Shown: one piece after another, positions 49,531 through 62,790 of the stretch
Layout: each line of letters opens with the position of its first letter
How positions within the stretch are numbered: the first letter of the stretch is position 1
Origin: Eledone cirrhosa
Taxonomy: Eukaryota
NCBI GenBank assembly: GCA_964016885.1
Contig: OZ024740.1
Coordinates: forward strand, 291,400,001 to 291,464,000
Length of the DNA stretch: 64,000 nucleotides
Direction of reading: 5' to 3'
Notes under the pieces: model-generated
Told to the model about the DNA's origin: nothing
The model's database searches: none
What the model saw: only the letters and a program-made list of their open reading frames with translations
Position numbers and translations under genes: made by a program

Positions 49531-50505
49531 CATCCATCATCATCATTTTACACCCGCTCTTCTCTGCTTGCAAGGGTGGGACGGGTCTTATTCAGCACAG
49601 CATCTCTCCACTTGTCACGGTCCTTTGTGATCTCCACCATGAGCTTCAGTGATCTGAGGTCTGTTCTCACCACCTCTGCCCATGTTTTTTGGGGTCTACC
49701 TCTACCATGTCTTCCTTCAACTGGCATTTCCTGGCACTTCTTTACCCATCGGTCATCCTCCATGCGCATCACATGTCCATACCACCTCAGTCTCCTCTCC
49801 CGTACACTACATTCTATCCCTCTCAGACACAGTTTCTCTCTCAACACATTCATGCTGGGTTGTTCACGCACATTGACACTGCACATCCAATGGAGCATGC
49901 TTGCCTCATTTCTCTCCAGCCGTCGCATATCCTCTGCAGTTGCTGCCCATGTCTCACTACCATGCAGCATCACGCTCCTCACACAAGCATCATATAACCG
50001 GCCTTTCGTATGCAGGGAGAAACCCTTCTTCATCAGCAGAGGAAGCAGCTCCCTAAACTTCTTCCAACCTGTCCTTATTTTAGATACTATGGCCTCGGAA
50101 CACCCTCCTCCCATGCTAATCTGATCTCCTAGGTACCAGAAGCTATCCACCACTTCTATAGCACCCGCCTGCATTTGAAAAATGTGTTTATCAATGCGAC
50201 TTCTACTGTCTAATTTCCCTGTACATTTACTGCATACATATTTCTCCCTACCTGTTAGTTTGCCTGCTATCCCGCTACATCTCTTGTGTACCCAGGATCT
50301 GCATTGTGTGCATTTTATAGAATTTATGCTAGTTCCTTTTCTGCATATCGAACATGGCCATTTCTCTGACGGAATCAGAGTTTTGTCCTCTTTTCTACTC
50401 ATCAACACTTTTGTCTTAGCTAGGTTCACTCTCAGTCCTCTAGCTTCCAACTGCTGTTTCCATAGCCAGAATTTATTCACTAGCTCCTCTACTGATTCTG
50501 CTATA
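49531..50505 (-). mobile_element. 5'-truncated RTE LINE (PHD-bearing subfamily 2), intronic antisense
   Basis: ORF 49548-50480: GLRVNLAKTKVL, KWPCSICRK..CTQC.SWVHKRC..CSKC, FWYLG, RLRWYGHV; (GAT)n tail. Confidence 0.93.
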
Positions 50506-51146
50506 ATTTTATTCCAGAATGTTTACATTGTCCCAGGCTGGATTTGAACATGTAATCTTTATTTGTAAACAAAGAGCAATAATATTCATATTCATTTACC
50601 CTTTAGTTACCATAATTCTAAAAAAATACACAGCCTATGTGTATCAATTAGTTTTGAAAATTTGGAGAATTTAATGTTTTCATTAGTAAGCTGATGTTTG
50701 AAACATTACTTAATATTTTGAATAAAATTATGATAAGTTTTAATAGAAGTATGAATATTTTAAAATGAGCAGTTATCTGTCATAAAACCAGGGCAGTTTG
50801 AGGTGGATTGGTATCAAAAGGGTTAAGCAACAGTTTTATTGCATCATGATGATGATGAAGAAGTATTAGTGTGTTTGAGTGCTGCAGTGGTTTGGTGCTC
50901 TTTAACCAATAATTAAAATAAGAGTTTCAGTACTGCCAATACAGTTTTATCCTCATCCCTATATTTGATATTTATAGTTTCTAAAGCTGAAACAAGAGAG
51001 AAAATAGTTGGGTAAGGTGGGGGAGGGCATTGTTGAATTTATAAAAAAAAAAAGCAAAATTATTTTTTTAGTTTTCCATTAATTTCCTTTCTGTTAATGA
51101 ATTATCAACTGTTTTTATTGTATTTTATTTTTTGTTATCGTTACAG

Positions 51147-52406
51147 GCGAAACCAAACTGGTGAGGAATTTTGCAATGTAATTGAAAGAAACAAAAGTTG
51201 CTCCAACAGCAAACCAATATTTCGATCACGATCATTATCAGCTGTTGAACAATCTAACCTCTGTCTCGACCGGGGATCTCCTCCACATAAATCAAACTAC
51301 GACGCTGGCAAAGTAGAAAATAACTTGAAAAACTTTCATATTGGTCATGCTCCTTCAGACAGCCGTCACTTTCAGCAGCAGTGTAACCCACAGAGGAATA
51401 CGTTTAATTCTCTTATAACTCCTGAAAATGCAATGATACAACCAGTCATGCATGTTTGTCCTGAGTGCCATTCTGAAAATGCCATGCATGCCCAATATTG
51501 TACTTATTGTGGAGAATGTTTAACTGAAAGAGCTCAACCAGCTGTCTATCCTCAAGACAGTATACATACTAATTTTAGAGATGAAGAATTCTCTTATCCT
51601 TGTGATATTAATAATGATGATAATGTATTTAATGAAACTATTTCACATGCCAGTTCTTTCCCTAATAGCCATTTTCAGTCTTCCTATAACTATAGAACCA
51701 CTAAAGCAACCACTAGAAGGCAGTACCAAATTCAACAAGAGGCAAGCCACTCATTTTCTCCAGGAGAATACCGTGCTTTCCATTGTGGAGCCAACAAACC
51801 TGAATGTTACTCTGATACAGAGATTAGTCTAAAGTCACCATCAACACATAAAATGTTGTCCTCTTGTGACTGGGAAGATTCTTCTCAAGATAATTTAGCA
51901 ACTCCAATTTTTGCAATGGATGAAGAAATGTTGAACCCTGCTGATCAGAATATTTATTCAGTATCACAGTTGAATTTCAATGATTCTGTTCTTGATTGCG
52001 GGAGTTTTTCAGAAACAGACTTAGAGTTAATCGCAGCTCAACAACACCCACTGTCAGAAGAAAACTCTGATAAAACTTCAGGCAAATACATTGGAACAAA
52101 AGGATCAAGGAAAATATGGAAAAAACCCAATGCTCCCAGCAGTGGTAATGAGGGTAATAGTCCTGTGTATCATCGTCACTGGGAAAGATCTAGTTGTGGC
52201 TCTACTTTTTACCTAAAAGAGCCAAATTCTATGTATAACTTAAATTCACAAAAGACTAGAAATAAATCAAGCAATAGTGAGAAGTGTAAAGAAACTGAAA
52301 ACAAACTTCTACCTGGTAGTAATATTTCTAACTTTCCTCGTAAAGAACTGAAAAAGGTTGTACAACAGAATGGGGCTACAAAGAATCGGAAGAAAATTCA
52401 TTCCAA
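51147..52406 (+). CDS. F-box/LRR gene exon B (1260 nt), zinc ribbon CPECHSENAMHAQYCTYCGE at 51457-51516
   Basis: Acceptor TTACAG|G completes TG+G=Trp; donor AA|GTAAAA, phase 2. Confidence 0.85.
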
Positions 52407-52729
52407 GTAAAAAAAAAAATTCTTTTTTAAGTAATTTTTTTTTCATATTGAATAAAAACATTCCTGTATTATAGCATGATGTCTTTATGAAAAAATAATG
52501 TTGGTTATTTTATTATGAAAAAAGACCAGATTATTTTGGCTCTAAAAGACAAAAAATATATAAAGGATAAGTTATTAATTTAATCAACTTTTAATTACTA
52601 TATTATTACTATAAATTGTCTTGATTATAATCCCTTCTAAATATCACTGCACTTGTATAATAGTTTTTCTTCTATCACCTACATAAGTTAATAAATCTAA
52701 ATTTTATTGTAAATATTTTTAACCTACAG

Positions 52730-52902
52730 GAAAGCTACTAGAGTGTTATCTTTAATGAAGAATGGAAACCAAGATGTTACTTTGGAAACTGAGAAATGTC
52801 TGACAGGAGATGGGCCAATTGATGTTCCTTACTCAGAGCAGATATTACAAGAACCTTCAGCAAATGGTCGATTATCTTGTGTGCCAGATTTCACAAAAAC
52901 AG
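52730..52902 (+). CDS. F-box/LRR gene exon C
   Basis: CTACAG|G AAA GCT (AA+G=Lys); donor ACAG|GTAGAC, phase 1. Confidence 0.75.
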
Positions 52903-55491
52903 GTAGACATTTATTAATGTTTTTTACTGATAAAAATAATCTATAGAATATTTGAATATACAAGATTTCTAAACTTTTATAAATTTCTAATTGAGGGGAG
53001 AGATTATTCTAATTATGTTTGTTCTGGTAGTGATGATACAAACATGAAACTTTTCATTGCTAGCCGCCGTGTGTTTCTATTTCTTCTGTCTCTATACAGA
53101 CAGTAATAGGCAAGTAAAGATTTCTAAACTTTTATTTATTTCAATTTACCTCCCCCTCCTACTTTCATACACCTCCCAAGTTACTAACATCCCACCCTTC
53201 ATCTACACCTCCCCAATAGATCTACCTCTCCAATCTTCATGCACTTCCTCCACCGCAGTCCACACTGTAAAGTGGTCATGTAGGTGACACAAAAAAAGCA
53301 CCCAGTCCCCACTGTAAATCTGACATTAGGAAGAGCATGAAGCCATAGAAACCAAGCCAAAATCAGTCCTGTATGAGCTAGACATGGATATCTGACCTGG
53401 CTTGTCTCACAACGGGACAACTCGTCTAACCCATGTTAGCTTGGAAAGATGGACGTTAAATAGTGATGATGATGATCTTCTGATCACAAGTTGATTCTAG
53501 TAGTTATATGAACAAAAACTCTTTTCATTTATAGAAATCATGTGTTCATATTTCTTCTGTTTATACATAGATTAGAAATAATAAAACGAAAACAAAACTG
53601 AAATATGTTTGGAAATGTTTCTCTTGTAAGATGGAGACACCCTCTCAATAACTGGACAAAGAAGAAGAATTTTCACTGTCTTTTGCCAATACAAGAAACA
53701 TTATCTGCAGTCAAATTGCTGTTGCATTTTTTTTTTTATTAAAGCTCATCTTTCCTATATAATTATGTTCCCTTTTTTCTCCATTCTCTGTTCCTCCTCT
53801 ACAGACATATACCAGGAAGTATTATTGCTATTCTTTTAAAATCCTTTATTTACTATCACATTGCCCTAATTCCACTATATTTTAGATGGTGTAAAGAATT
53901 AATATGAAACACTTTCTGATCCATCTTCACTTTAACACTTTCCATACCAGTCATACTTATGGGTCTTAAGAAGCAACAGCACTCCTTTATGTAATTCTAA
54001 TTCTTCCTTGTTTTAGTAAAGTAAAATATATTTTAATAAATATTTGCAAAGATATTTTAAAATTACACCTTCAACTAATAATGGAGGTGCATGGCCTAGA
54101 GGTAAGGGTGTTGGACTTACAATCATAATGTCATAGGTTTGATTCCTGGGCTGGGTTGTGTATTGTGTTCTTGAGCAAAACATTTCATTTCATGTTGCTC
54201 CAGTATATTCAGCTGAAAATGAGTATCAGCAATAACTGGGGGTTTTACCCTGCGAGGGACTGGTGTCATGTCCAGGGGGCAGTCTTATACACTCAGTTGC
54301 TTCACACTATGAAACTGAGATAAGCACTGGCCTAACAAGCCTTAAATAGCTTAAGACAAACCTTTTACTCCTCACAAGCAATTCTATGGCATAAATTCTG
54401 TTCTGTCCACTGCTATAATCACCAATTCTAATCAAACATCAACATTTTACAAATAAAACCATTACTGTACTCTCACTTTACAACAACTTAATATGTACAC
54501 TTTAATTCATAACTACACTTACAACAACCTAATATATCCACTTTGATTTATAACTACACTTACACTAAAAAAACATAACTGCTTTCCCATAAATCACATT
54601 TATAAACTTGTTTTTCCTACTAGAAAAGAGGAAAATGTCAAGTGTTTTAGTTGTTTGACAAAACTATCTGTTAACTAAATTATATGTAGTACAGTGGCTG
54701 AGTATTCCTTAGACACTTATGTTTAAAGTAAACTTTATACAGATTCAGTATGATTGATACATTGTGTCACACTGGCCCATTGAATTACAGGTACTAAAGG
54801 CAATGATGATGATAATGATCTATCTGCTTGATTCCCACACAATATTCATCCAGCCAATTTTACCCACAAGGTTAGGAATGACCTGAGGCTATGATAAAAG
54901 ACACATGCCCAAGGTGCTATGAACTGGGGCTAAATCTAGACCGTCCTGATTACAAAGATATCTTCACAATTTACCTATGCTGATAAGGTGAATGTGCATG
55001 TGTGAACACTTGCACAAAATACTTGTTTCATATTTGTTGATGAACTTTTCTGTAGATGGTTAAGACAAATTTCTTGAAATGTTAACATAAATGAGATCTG
55101 AAAACTTCACACTGTCAGGTGTCTTTGGTGGAAACACATGAAAAAATGTTTACTACTCACACTCAATGAGAGGAAGAGATCTGGTAGCACTTAACTAAAT
55201 CAAGTGGAGAGAGGAAGAGATCTGGCAGCATTCAACAAAGTGAAGTGAAGTGGAGGGGTGGAGCAGTATTCATAAAGGCAAATGGTGATTGAAAAAGGTC
55301 CAGACTTCCACATTTAAGGGTTTATTTAATGTGTTGAAATTGGTACTAAAAGTATCACCTTAGTATGAGGGAAGATATTTTATCATTTTAAGGTTTAAGA
55401 AATATATATTCACTTTTAAATGTTTTCAAAGTAAATTTTGGTTATGTTTTCTACATATTTACCCTTTTAAAAATGTTTCATTAATTTGTAG

Positions 55492-55523
55492 ACTCGGAGA
55501 CTATTGGCTGTTCTGGATCTGAG
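55492..55523 (+). CDS. F-box/LRR gene exon D (32-nt micro-exon, DSETIGCSGSE)
   Basis: TTGTAG|AC...GAG|GTTAGT converts phase 1 to phase 0, as needed to join exons C and E. Confidence 0.7.
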
Positions 55524-57225
55524 GTTAGTTTTTAATAATTATTTTTATAGAAATGTTCATTCTTCATTATTATTTTGGTAGAGTTTGGAAACATAAGTAA
55601 ACAAGATGCAGGCATCCAATAAATCTGAGAAGTCTGTGGCTCTGCTTGAGTACTGACTTGGGCCGTGATAACCTGTCCAACTGTTGCTAGCAGGAAAAAC
55701 AGATGTTAAATGATGGTGATATCTCTAGATGTAAAAAGAAGTACAATAGTGGTCTACTAATGATATAGTCATGAGTCAAGTTATGTTTTGTTCCTGCTCA
55801 AAATAACTCTAATAAACCCAGTTTACAGATGATTGACAGGAGGAAAACATCAAGCTGTAAAGAAAAATACATAGGTCTCAATTATTTTGGGAAAACTGGC
55901 ACGTTGAAGTTGTCTAGACCCATGACCCATGTCAATCCTTACTCAGATAATTGATCAAAAGTATTCCAGTCATGATCATCTCATCTATTGTTTGTTTTTT
56001 TTTTTTTGTTTTTTTTTTTTGAAGCATCGAAATATTCCAACTCTCTGTACTCTGGAGTTCAAAATCTGCCAAAGTCACCTTTGCTTTTTTTTCCTTTCAA
56101 GGTTGATAAAAAAGTGCCAGTCCTGTATTGGAGTCAGTTCTTACTCTATATCTCTTTCATACATCCTCTCTAATACTCTCTCTCCTCTGGAAGAAATCAA
56201 CTGTGTCCAGTCCTGGAGAGGGATAGTCTCTGCCAGGTATAAAATGCCCAAGATATACCATATGTCATTACGGCCACCCCCTAGGACTCATCAAAAGTTA
56301 TGGGGCCATATAGACATGTGATTTAAGGGAAATTTGACAGGTATTTTAAGGTCAAGTGACCATTTAGTGGGTCCATCGTTGGCTCATACATAAAATCTTT
56401 TGGGGATGCCAGGGATTCTTAATGGTCCATTCTAATTTATACAGCTAAATAAAAATCCGATATTTTTATGGTCATTAAAATCATTAAATTTTCACCATAT
56501 TAGTAGTAATAAAAGCATTGTGGGGAGGGGACCTGAAAAAATAATAAGTTTGGGAGGCAATTATTCAAGACCTGAGAGTACCTGTGTGTGTGTGTGTGTA
56601 TATATATAATAACACATTAAAGTTTAAGCAAAGAATCACTGCTTTCAGAGAGGGAGAGAGAGAGATTGTGGTACTGAGACCAGGGAGACCAGTAATCATG
56701 AGTATACAATGCATGGGAGATGCAAAGTGGGGATAAAGATATGTAAAATCTCAATTGTGGCTACACCCTTGAAAAGGCTTGCTGAACACACAAGCTGAAA
56801 ATGGTTGGTACCGCAGTTGGGAATTTACCTCTCTCTTTCTATTATAAATTCCTATTTTACTGTACTTTGGCCATATATATCTCCGTGGCTAAAAGAGTTA
56901 ATGTCAAGAAGGGCATCTGGCTTCAAAACATTGCCTCAAAATGTCCGTCCAACCCATGCTAACATGGAAAAGGTCAACCTAAAAATGGTAATTATCTCAC
57001 ATTCAAGGAAATTATTGATTACTAGATACTAAGTTGTGAAGTTGGTGCAGATAGGTTTCATACTGTTGCATAACTTAGAAATATTCAAGTCTACTTAATT
57101 ACATTGGATTAATGCCATCCTAAACCAATAACAGATGTTATATAATAAAACTGTTAATTATTTTAAAGATGTATTGTCTTCCAACTCTAACATTCTTTTA
57201 TTAATCCTCTATATATATAAAACAG

Positions 57226-57376
57226 AGAATACAATCACGGAGTTCAACCTACCCTTGGCAACATCTACCTGATGAAATTTGGTTGCAAATATTTTCCAAT
57301 CTTAGCAATCATGCCAGATTCCATTGTGCACTGGTATCAAAACGATTTAACCGTATTATTCAAGATGAATCTCTAT
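57226..57376 (+). CDS. F-box/LRR gene exon E: F-box domain (absent from the ORF track)
   Basis: RIQSRSSTYPWQHLPDEIWLQIFSNLSNHARFHCALVSKRFNRIIQDESL(W) fits the F-box consensus LP.EI...IF..L......  ..VS+R+.....D..LW. AACAG| acceptor, T|GTAAGT donor. Confidence 0.93.
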
Positions 57377-57829
57377 GTAAGTAAATGTTTCTTCTTTCCT
57401 TTTTTTTTTCGTTCATGAAATTTAACACTTTTGATTCCAAACCGCCTGAAACTGACTGGCCCTAGTTCTACGATGCAAAACTGTATCGTAGAACAGTTAT
57501 TTGTAATAATAATAATAATAATTGTTTCTACTTTAGACACAAGGCCAGCAATTACACAGTGCATTACTGGTACTTTATCGTAGAACAGTTATTTGTAATA
57601 ATAATAATTGTTTCTACTTTAGGCACAAGGCCAGTAATTTTGGAGGGAAGGGAAAGTCGATTAAATCGACCTCAGTGGATTACTGGTACTTTATTTTATC
57701 GACCCCATAAGGATGAAAGGCAAAGCTAACCTTGGTAGGATTTGAATACAGAACGTAAAAGGCAGTAACTCTATGCTGCAAAACATGCTGTCCAATGCTC
57801 TACTGATACTGCCAAACAACCACTCTCTA

Positions 57830-58130
57830 TAATAATAATAATAATAATGAAAGTTATTGTGTGCAGAGCTCAGGTGCACTATAATTCATCAAAGGTGCAT
57901 GTATAACACATAGAATAATGTACAAATGTCAGGAAAGTGAACAGTATATTAATCATGATATACACAGATACATGCGTATGTGTGTTTGGAGGGGGAATAT
58001 CAGATGTAAGTGTTGCTGAATTTCGGGAAGCATAGAGGTTTTGAATGATGCAGTGTCTCAACAGCTAACAACTGATGCAGGTAGTTTGTTCCATGCTTCA
58101 GCAACTCTGAACAGGAAAAAATGTTTCCAA
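57830..58130 (-). mobile_element. CR1-like LINE 3' end
   Basis: - strand reads KHFFLFRVAEAWNKLPASVVS...ASFK, then a 3' UTR like 7605-7822 and an (ATT)n tail. Confidence 0.8.
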
Positions 58131-58696
58131 CTTGGAAATGATGGAAAGCAAAGTTGGCTTTGGCAGGATTTGAGCTCAGTGAGCCAGAACAAATACCAAG
58201 GCATTTTTAATCTGATACCCTAACTATTCTGCGAATTTGCTGCCTTGAGTGAATATTTCATCATTATCAATTAACGTCTAGTTTTGCACACTTGACTGGT
58301 TGTCATATTATGAGACAAGTCGGGTCGAGTCACCCATGTCTTGTTCATACAGATCTGTGTATTTTGGTTTGGTTTCTACAGCTGGATATCTTTCCTAACG
58401 CTACACTTGCTTTAGTAATTTATGCAAATGTTTATATTTGCATAGCTATCCACCTAAATGAGTATGGAAAGGTTTTATGTATGTGTGTTGATGCAATCAA
58501 TGAAACAACATGCTCATGAAATTACTGTACAAGTGGCTAAGCATTCCTCAAACGCATGCACCTATAAAGTAAATCTGAAGGAGATTCAGCATGACACAGA
58601 TACAAATAATTTTTTCAAGCTAAGTGAAATAGTTTTATTCAAGGACACAATATACGTCCTCTAGAATCAAACTCGTGACCTTATGATTGTGAGTGA

Positions 58697-59128
58697 AACA
58701 CCCTAATCATTAAACCATGCCCCCTCATTGAAAACACCCAATCATTAAACCATGCCCCTCATTGAAAACACCCCAATCATTAAACCATGCCCCCTCATTG
58801 AAAATACCTCAATCATTAAACCATGCCCCCTCATTGAAAACACCCCAACCATTAAACCATGCCCCCTCATTGAAAACACCCCAACCATTAAACCATGCCC
58901 CCCTCATTGAAAACACCCCAACCATTAAACCATGCCCCCTCATTGAAAACACCCCAACTATTAAACCATGCCCCCTCATTGAAAACACCCCAACCATTAA
59001 ACCATGCCCCCTCATTGAAAAAACCCCAACCATTAAACCATGCACCTTCATTGAAAATACCACAACCATTAAACCATGCCCCCTCATTGAAAACACCCCA
59101 ACTATTAAACCATGCACCTTCATTGAAA
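58697..59128 (+). repeat. 36-bp minisatellite (AAAACACCCCAACCATTAAACCATGCCCCCTCATTG), about 12 copies
   Basis: Homogeneous tandem units starting at the 5' end of a - strand family B SINE. Confidence 0.95.
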
Positions 59129-59299
59129 AGGTTTGTAAAGAAATGTTTAATTGAAATAAAGTATCATCTTTTATCTCCTCTCAGTCATTCCCATAGGAAT
59201 TACATTTATAATTCAATATTGTCTCATCTTAGAGTTTTTACCTTATATAATAATTATAGAACAAAAGATTATTTTTATCAGGGTTTAAGATTTTGACAG

Positions 59300-59700
59300 C
59301 AAAGGAAGCAAGTTGATTGTACAAGGTGTACATATATTGAAGACCCTTCAAGACAACAACTTTGATCTGAAGGAAGAGTGATAAAGATCATGGAATAAGT
59401 CCAAATTTGCCAAGCAAGACCTCATCCAAGACCCCACATCCAAACCAGCCAGCTTTGACCTTCCGAGAAAGCAATAGGTGTCCCATCATCTCCATTGATG
59501 TAAAATGAAAGATAGTCCAGCATGTGATTGTGGTGTCTTTGACCAGACAATGCTGCATGTTGTTCCATGTTGCCCCGTTAGACGTTTTACCAGCAGCCTG
59601 AAAGCAATCCATAATACTACAAATGACGCCTTTGTTTGGCTCACCAATCTCGATCTGCCTCCCTAACTATTGTGCATATATCATACAAGAAGAAGAAGAA
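59300..59700 (+). mobile_element. Ingi/Vingi-like (I-group) LINE 3' fragment with (GAA)n tail
   Basis: IQDPTSKPASFDLPRKQ, KMKDSPACDCG..DQTMLHVVPCCP, WLTNLDL, then CATACAAGAAGAAGAAGAA. Confidence 0.65.
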
Positions 59701-59997
59701 GGGTTTGGGATTTTGTGCTAGTTTCATGTTTCTTTTATTTTTAATGTTCAAAGGGGGTGGTTGATTGACAGAATTGGTAGAGCTTCAGATAAAACACTGC
59801 GTTCAAATCTTGCCATGGTTAACCTTACCTTTCATCCTTCCAGGGTCAATAAAATAAAGTATCAGTCATGTACTGGGGTTGATTTAATCAACTCTGCCCT
59901 TCCCTCAAATTTGCTGACCATGTGCCTAAGTTATCAATATTGAAATATGTTAACAGTCTGTCAGTAATTGCAACACTTTACTGTTTTATCTTTTCAG

Positions 59998-60158
59998 GGC
60001 AACATATCACTTTAGAGAAGAAATGTCTGCAAGATGAATGGTTGTTAAGAATATCTCAACTTCATCCTTCTAGATTAGAGTTCATTCAGTGTCATGGTGA
60101 TAAAGTGACTACTGCTGGATTGAATTATCTATTTAAAGAATGTGCTAATTCCCTAATG
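59998..60158 (+). CDS. F-box/LRR gene exon F (first LRR region)
   Basis: TTTCAG|GG completes T+GG=Trp. WQHITLEKK...LEFIQCHGDKVTTAGLNYLFKECANSLM|GTATGT, phase 0. Confidence 0.9.
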
Positions 60159-61614
60159 GTATGTTTATTAAATTATCTATTTAAAGAACATACTGATTCC
60201 CTAATGGTATATTTAGTGATGTCCTTTACCTGAAATATGTGCTAATTACTAAACTTATTGTTATGTATATTGTTATTTATTGTCTTGTATTTTCTGAATA
60301 TTATATTAGGAGGACTCTTCAGCTAACCTCCCTAGTGTTAGTGATCTACACAATAAACACACCCATACACTAGTAAAGTGGTTATTGATAGGAAGGGCAT
60401 CCAGTCATAAAAAAATCTGCCAAAGAAATGGTCAAGAGGTCCCATCAGCTGTGTCAAAGATGACAACCTCTCTAGTGCTGGTATCACAATAAAATGCACG
60501 TGGTCATGTTCAGGATCATATATAATCAAGTTGTCGACTACAGGCCTGCCTGAGCTCTAAGTAGAGCATAGGAACATATATAAGCAAGATGCAGGCACCC
60601 AGCCCACCATAGGATCAGTATCTCTAAGTACCAACCCAGTCTGCAGACGACTTGTCCAACCCTTGCTAACAGAAAAAGCAGACATAATACAATAATGATG
60701 ATATCAGTAAAAAATTATGTCTTTGAATAGGCTATATTTAGTGTTAGACTACTCTTAACATTTAATTCAATGTCTATATCTCTGACTAGACTATATTTAG
60801 TGTTAGACTAGTTTTAACATTTAATGCAATGTCCATTAAAAAGAAAAAATTAAAAATGATTTTGAGTTGAAGAAAATGAAACAGTCAATATTCTAATTAT
60901 AGTTGAGTTTATACTTTGCTGGGGATATCTAATAAAACCAAAGCATGTCTGGACTTGTTTTCCCTTCTTGCCAGAATAATTAAAATATTAATATATTTTC
61001 TTTACTGTATAATTATTTTTAATTAGTATTTCTAATTTTCACTCTTTTAAATATATTAACAATAATTAAGTTAACTAATGGTTTCCTTGTTGATGGCATC
61101 TTTTAATAATTTATTCTCTAAAATACATTTAATTATTAGAGTTTTGAAAATTGATAGTGGCTTTTGCTTTTACTTCTTTCAATGAACTGTTGAGGGAGCC
61201 TTTTCACATTTGCTGAGTTTGCTAGAAATAGCAGTGAAATCTTTCAAATCATACCCTATTGCCTTAAAAATAAAAGGTAACATTTGATAATGTAGTTCTT
61301 GTTACACTGTGCATGAGAAAAAGACTGGATGGTCATGGCTGGAATAACTTTGATGATAGGTCCTCTTCAAGAGTTAGTCTAGAAGAGAAAAAAATACGAT
61401 GTCTTGGTAATTCTAGTTGTTTACTGCGATAGTTTTAGTCACCATCATCACCATCACGTGTATTTTCCATGCTTCCATAAGTTAGGTAAACTTATGTTAT
61501 GAGGCTAGACAAGTTAGGTGACAAATCTTGATCATATCTTCCATTTTTAGCTTGGTTTTCTATGGTTGGATGCCCTTCTTAACACCAACCACTTTACAGC
61601 ATCTACTGGGAGCT

Positions 61615-61875
61615 TTTTTATGACACCAGTGAAACCACCTTACTGGGTGGACTGGGTGTTTTTTGTTGTAGAACCAGTACACCCCTCCCATCTTCTTTAC
61701 AGAGTAGACTGGGTATTTTTTGTTGTGAGGAAAATGTACAACCACCTTACAGGGTAGATTGGGTATTTTTTATTGTGGCACCAGTACAACCACCTTACAG
61801 GGTGGACTGGGTGTTTTTTGTCGTGGAACCAGCACTACCACTACAGTGGTGACTGTATATTATTGTGTCACTAGT
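61615..61875 (-). repeat. ~42-55 bp degenerate tandem repeat of the RTE/SINE 3' UTR unit (CACCCAGTCCACCCTGTAAGGTGG)
   Basis: About 5 copies of CCACCTTACAGGGTGGACTGGGTGTTTTTTG inside a - strand non-autonomous element. Confidence 0.7.
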
Positions 61876-62249
61876 GCTATCTCACTACAACATTTAGATG
61901 ATAACTGACTGAAAAAATGTAGTGTTATATTTTGAATATTTCTTAGGGTTAAGTTAGTTCCATCTAACTAACATATCTTATTAAAACACCTCTCTCCCAG
62001 AACAGTGTCATAGAATACAACTATAGAACAGGCATAGTCAACAGGAAAATACAATAGATAGTTAAGTGAGGAAGTCAAGATGTGTCAGGGTGTGGCAGAG
62101 ATGTGCGTGTGTGTTTGCACCTAACACAGTAGATAGTTAAGTGAGGAAGTCAAGATGTATGTGTGTATGTGCACCTAATCACGAGCATTTTAGAGAGTAA
62201 TAATTATAATGTAACTTTCTTTTACTGTTGTTTTCAATTTAAATTGTAG

Positions 62250-62401
62250 AAGCTGTGTTTTAGCCGCTGTAGTCGAGGTGAATTAACTGGTGATAAAATT
62301 TTGCAGGCATCAACAGTGTGTCATAATTTAACTCATGTTGATGCTAGTTGGTGTTCAGTGACAGATTCTGGATTGTCTGCCATTGCAGATTCCTGTGATA
62401 G
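62250..62401 (+). CDS. F-box/LRR gene exon G (cysteine-containing LRRs)
   Basis: TGTAG|AAG; KLCFSRCSRGELTGDKILQASTVCHNLTHVDASWCSVTDSGLSAIADSCD; AG|GTAAAT, phase 2. Confidence 0.92.
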
Positions 62402-62516
62402 GTAAATATCAATCTTTCTCTCTCTCTTACATTCACTCACTCTCTCATTCACACACACACACACATATCTACCTACCTGCCTACCTTTTAAATATAAAAT
62501 TTATTTATGATTTCAG

Positions 62517-62597
62517 GTTGGAAAGTTTGTGTTTAAATGGTTGTGGGTTGATGTCAGACAATGGGTTGAAAATATTGGTATCAAAACATTGTAAAAG
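62517..62597 (+). CDS. F-box/LRR gene exon H (LRR); gene continues beyond the window
   Basis: TTTCAG|G; RLESLCLNGCGLMSDNGLKILVSKHCK; AG|GTAAGT, phase 2. Confidence 0.92.
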
Positions 62598-62790
62598 GTA
62601 AGTCTCAATTGATTATTTAAGCAGAAAATCATTTTGTTAAAGTAGAATATCATTTTGTTTTCTATAAGTCTTATCATATCTCAGTTAATTTTACTAATGA
62701 TAAAGATTAATCTTTTTGTGTGTGTGTATCTTGTTTTTATTTTTATTAAAATGTGGATTTGTAAATCCAATATAAATCATATACTCATAT

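Noticed and set aside
58762-59296. Repetitive protein ORFs (KTPQPLNHAPSL)n
   Set aside because: Open in several frames only because the 36-bp unit is a multiple of 3; intronic, SINE-derived, no splice support.
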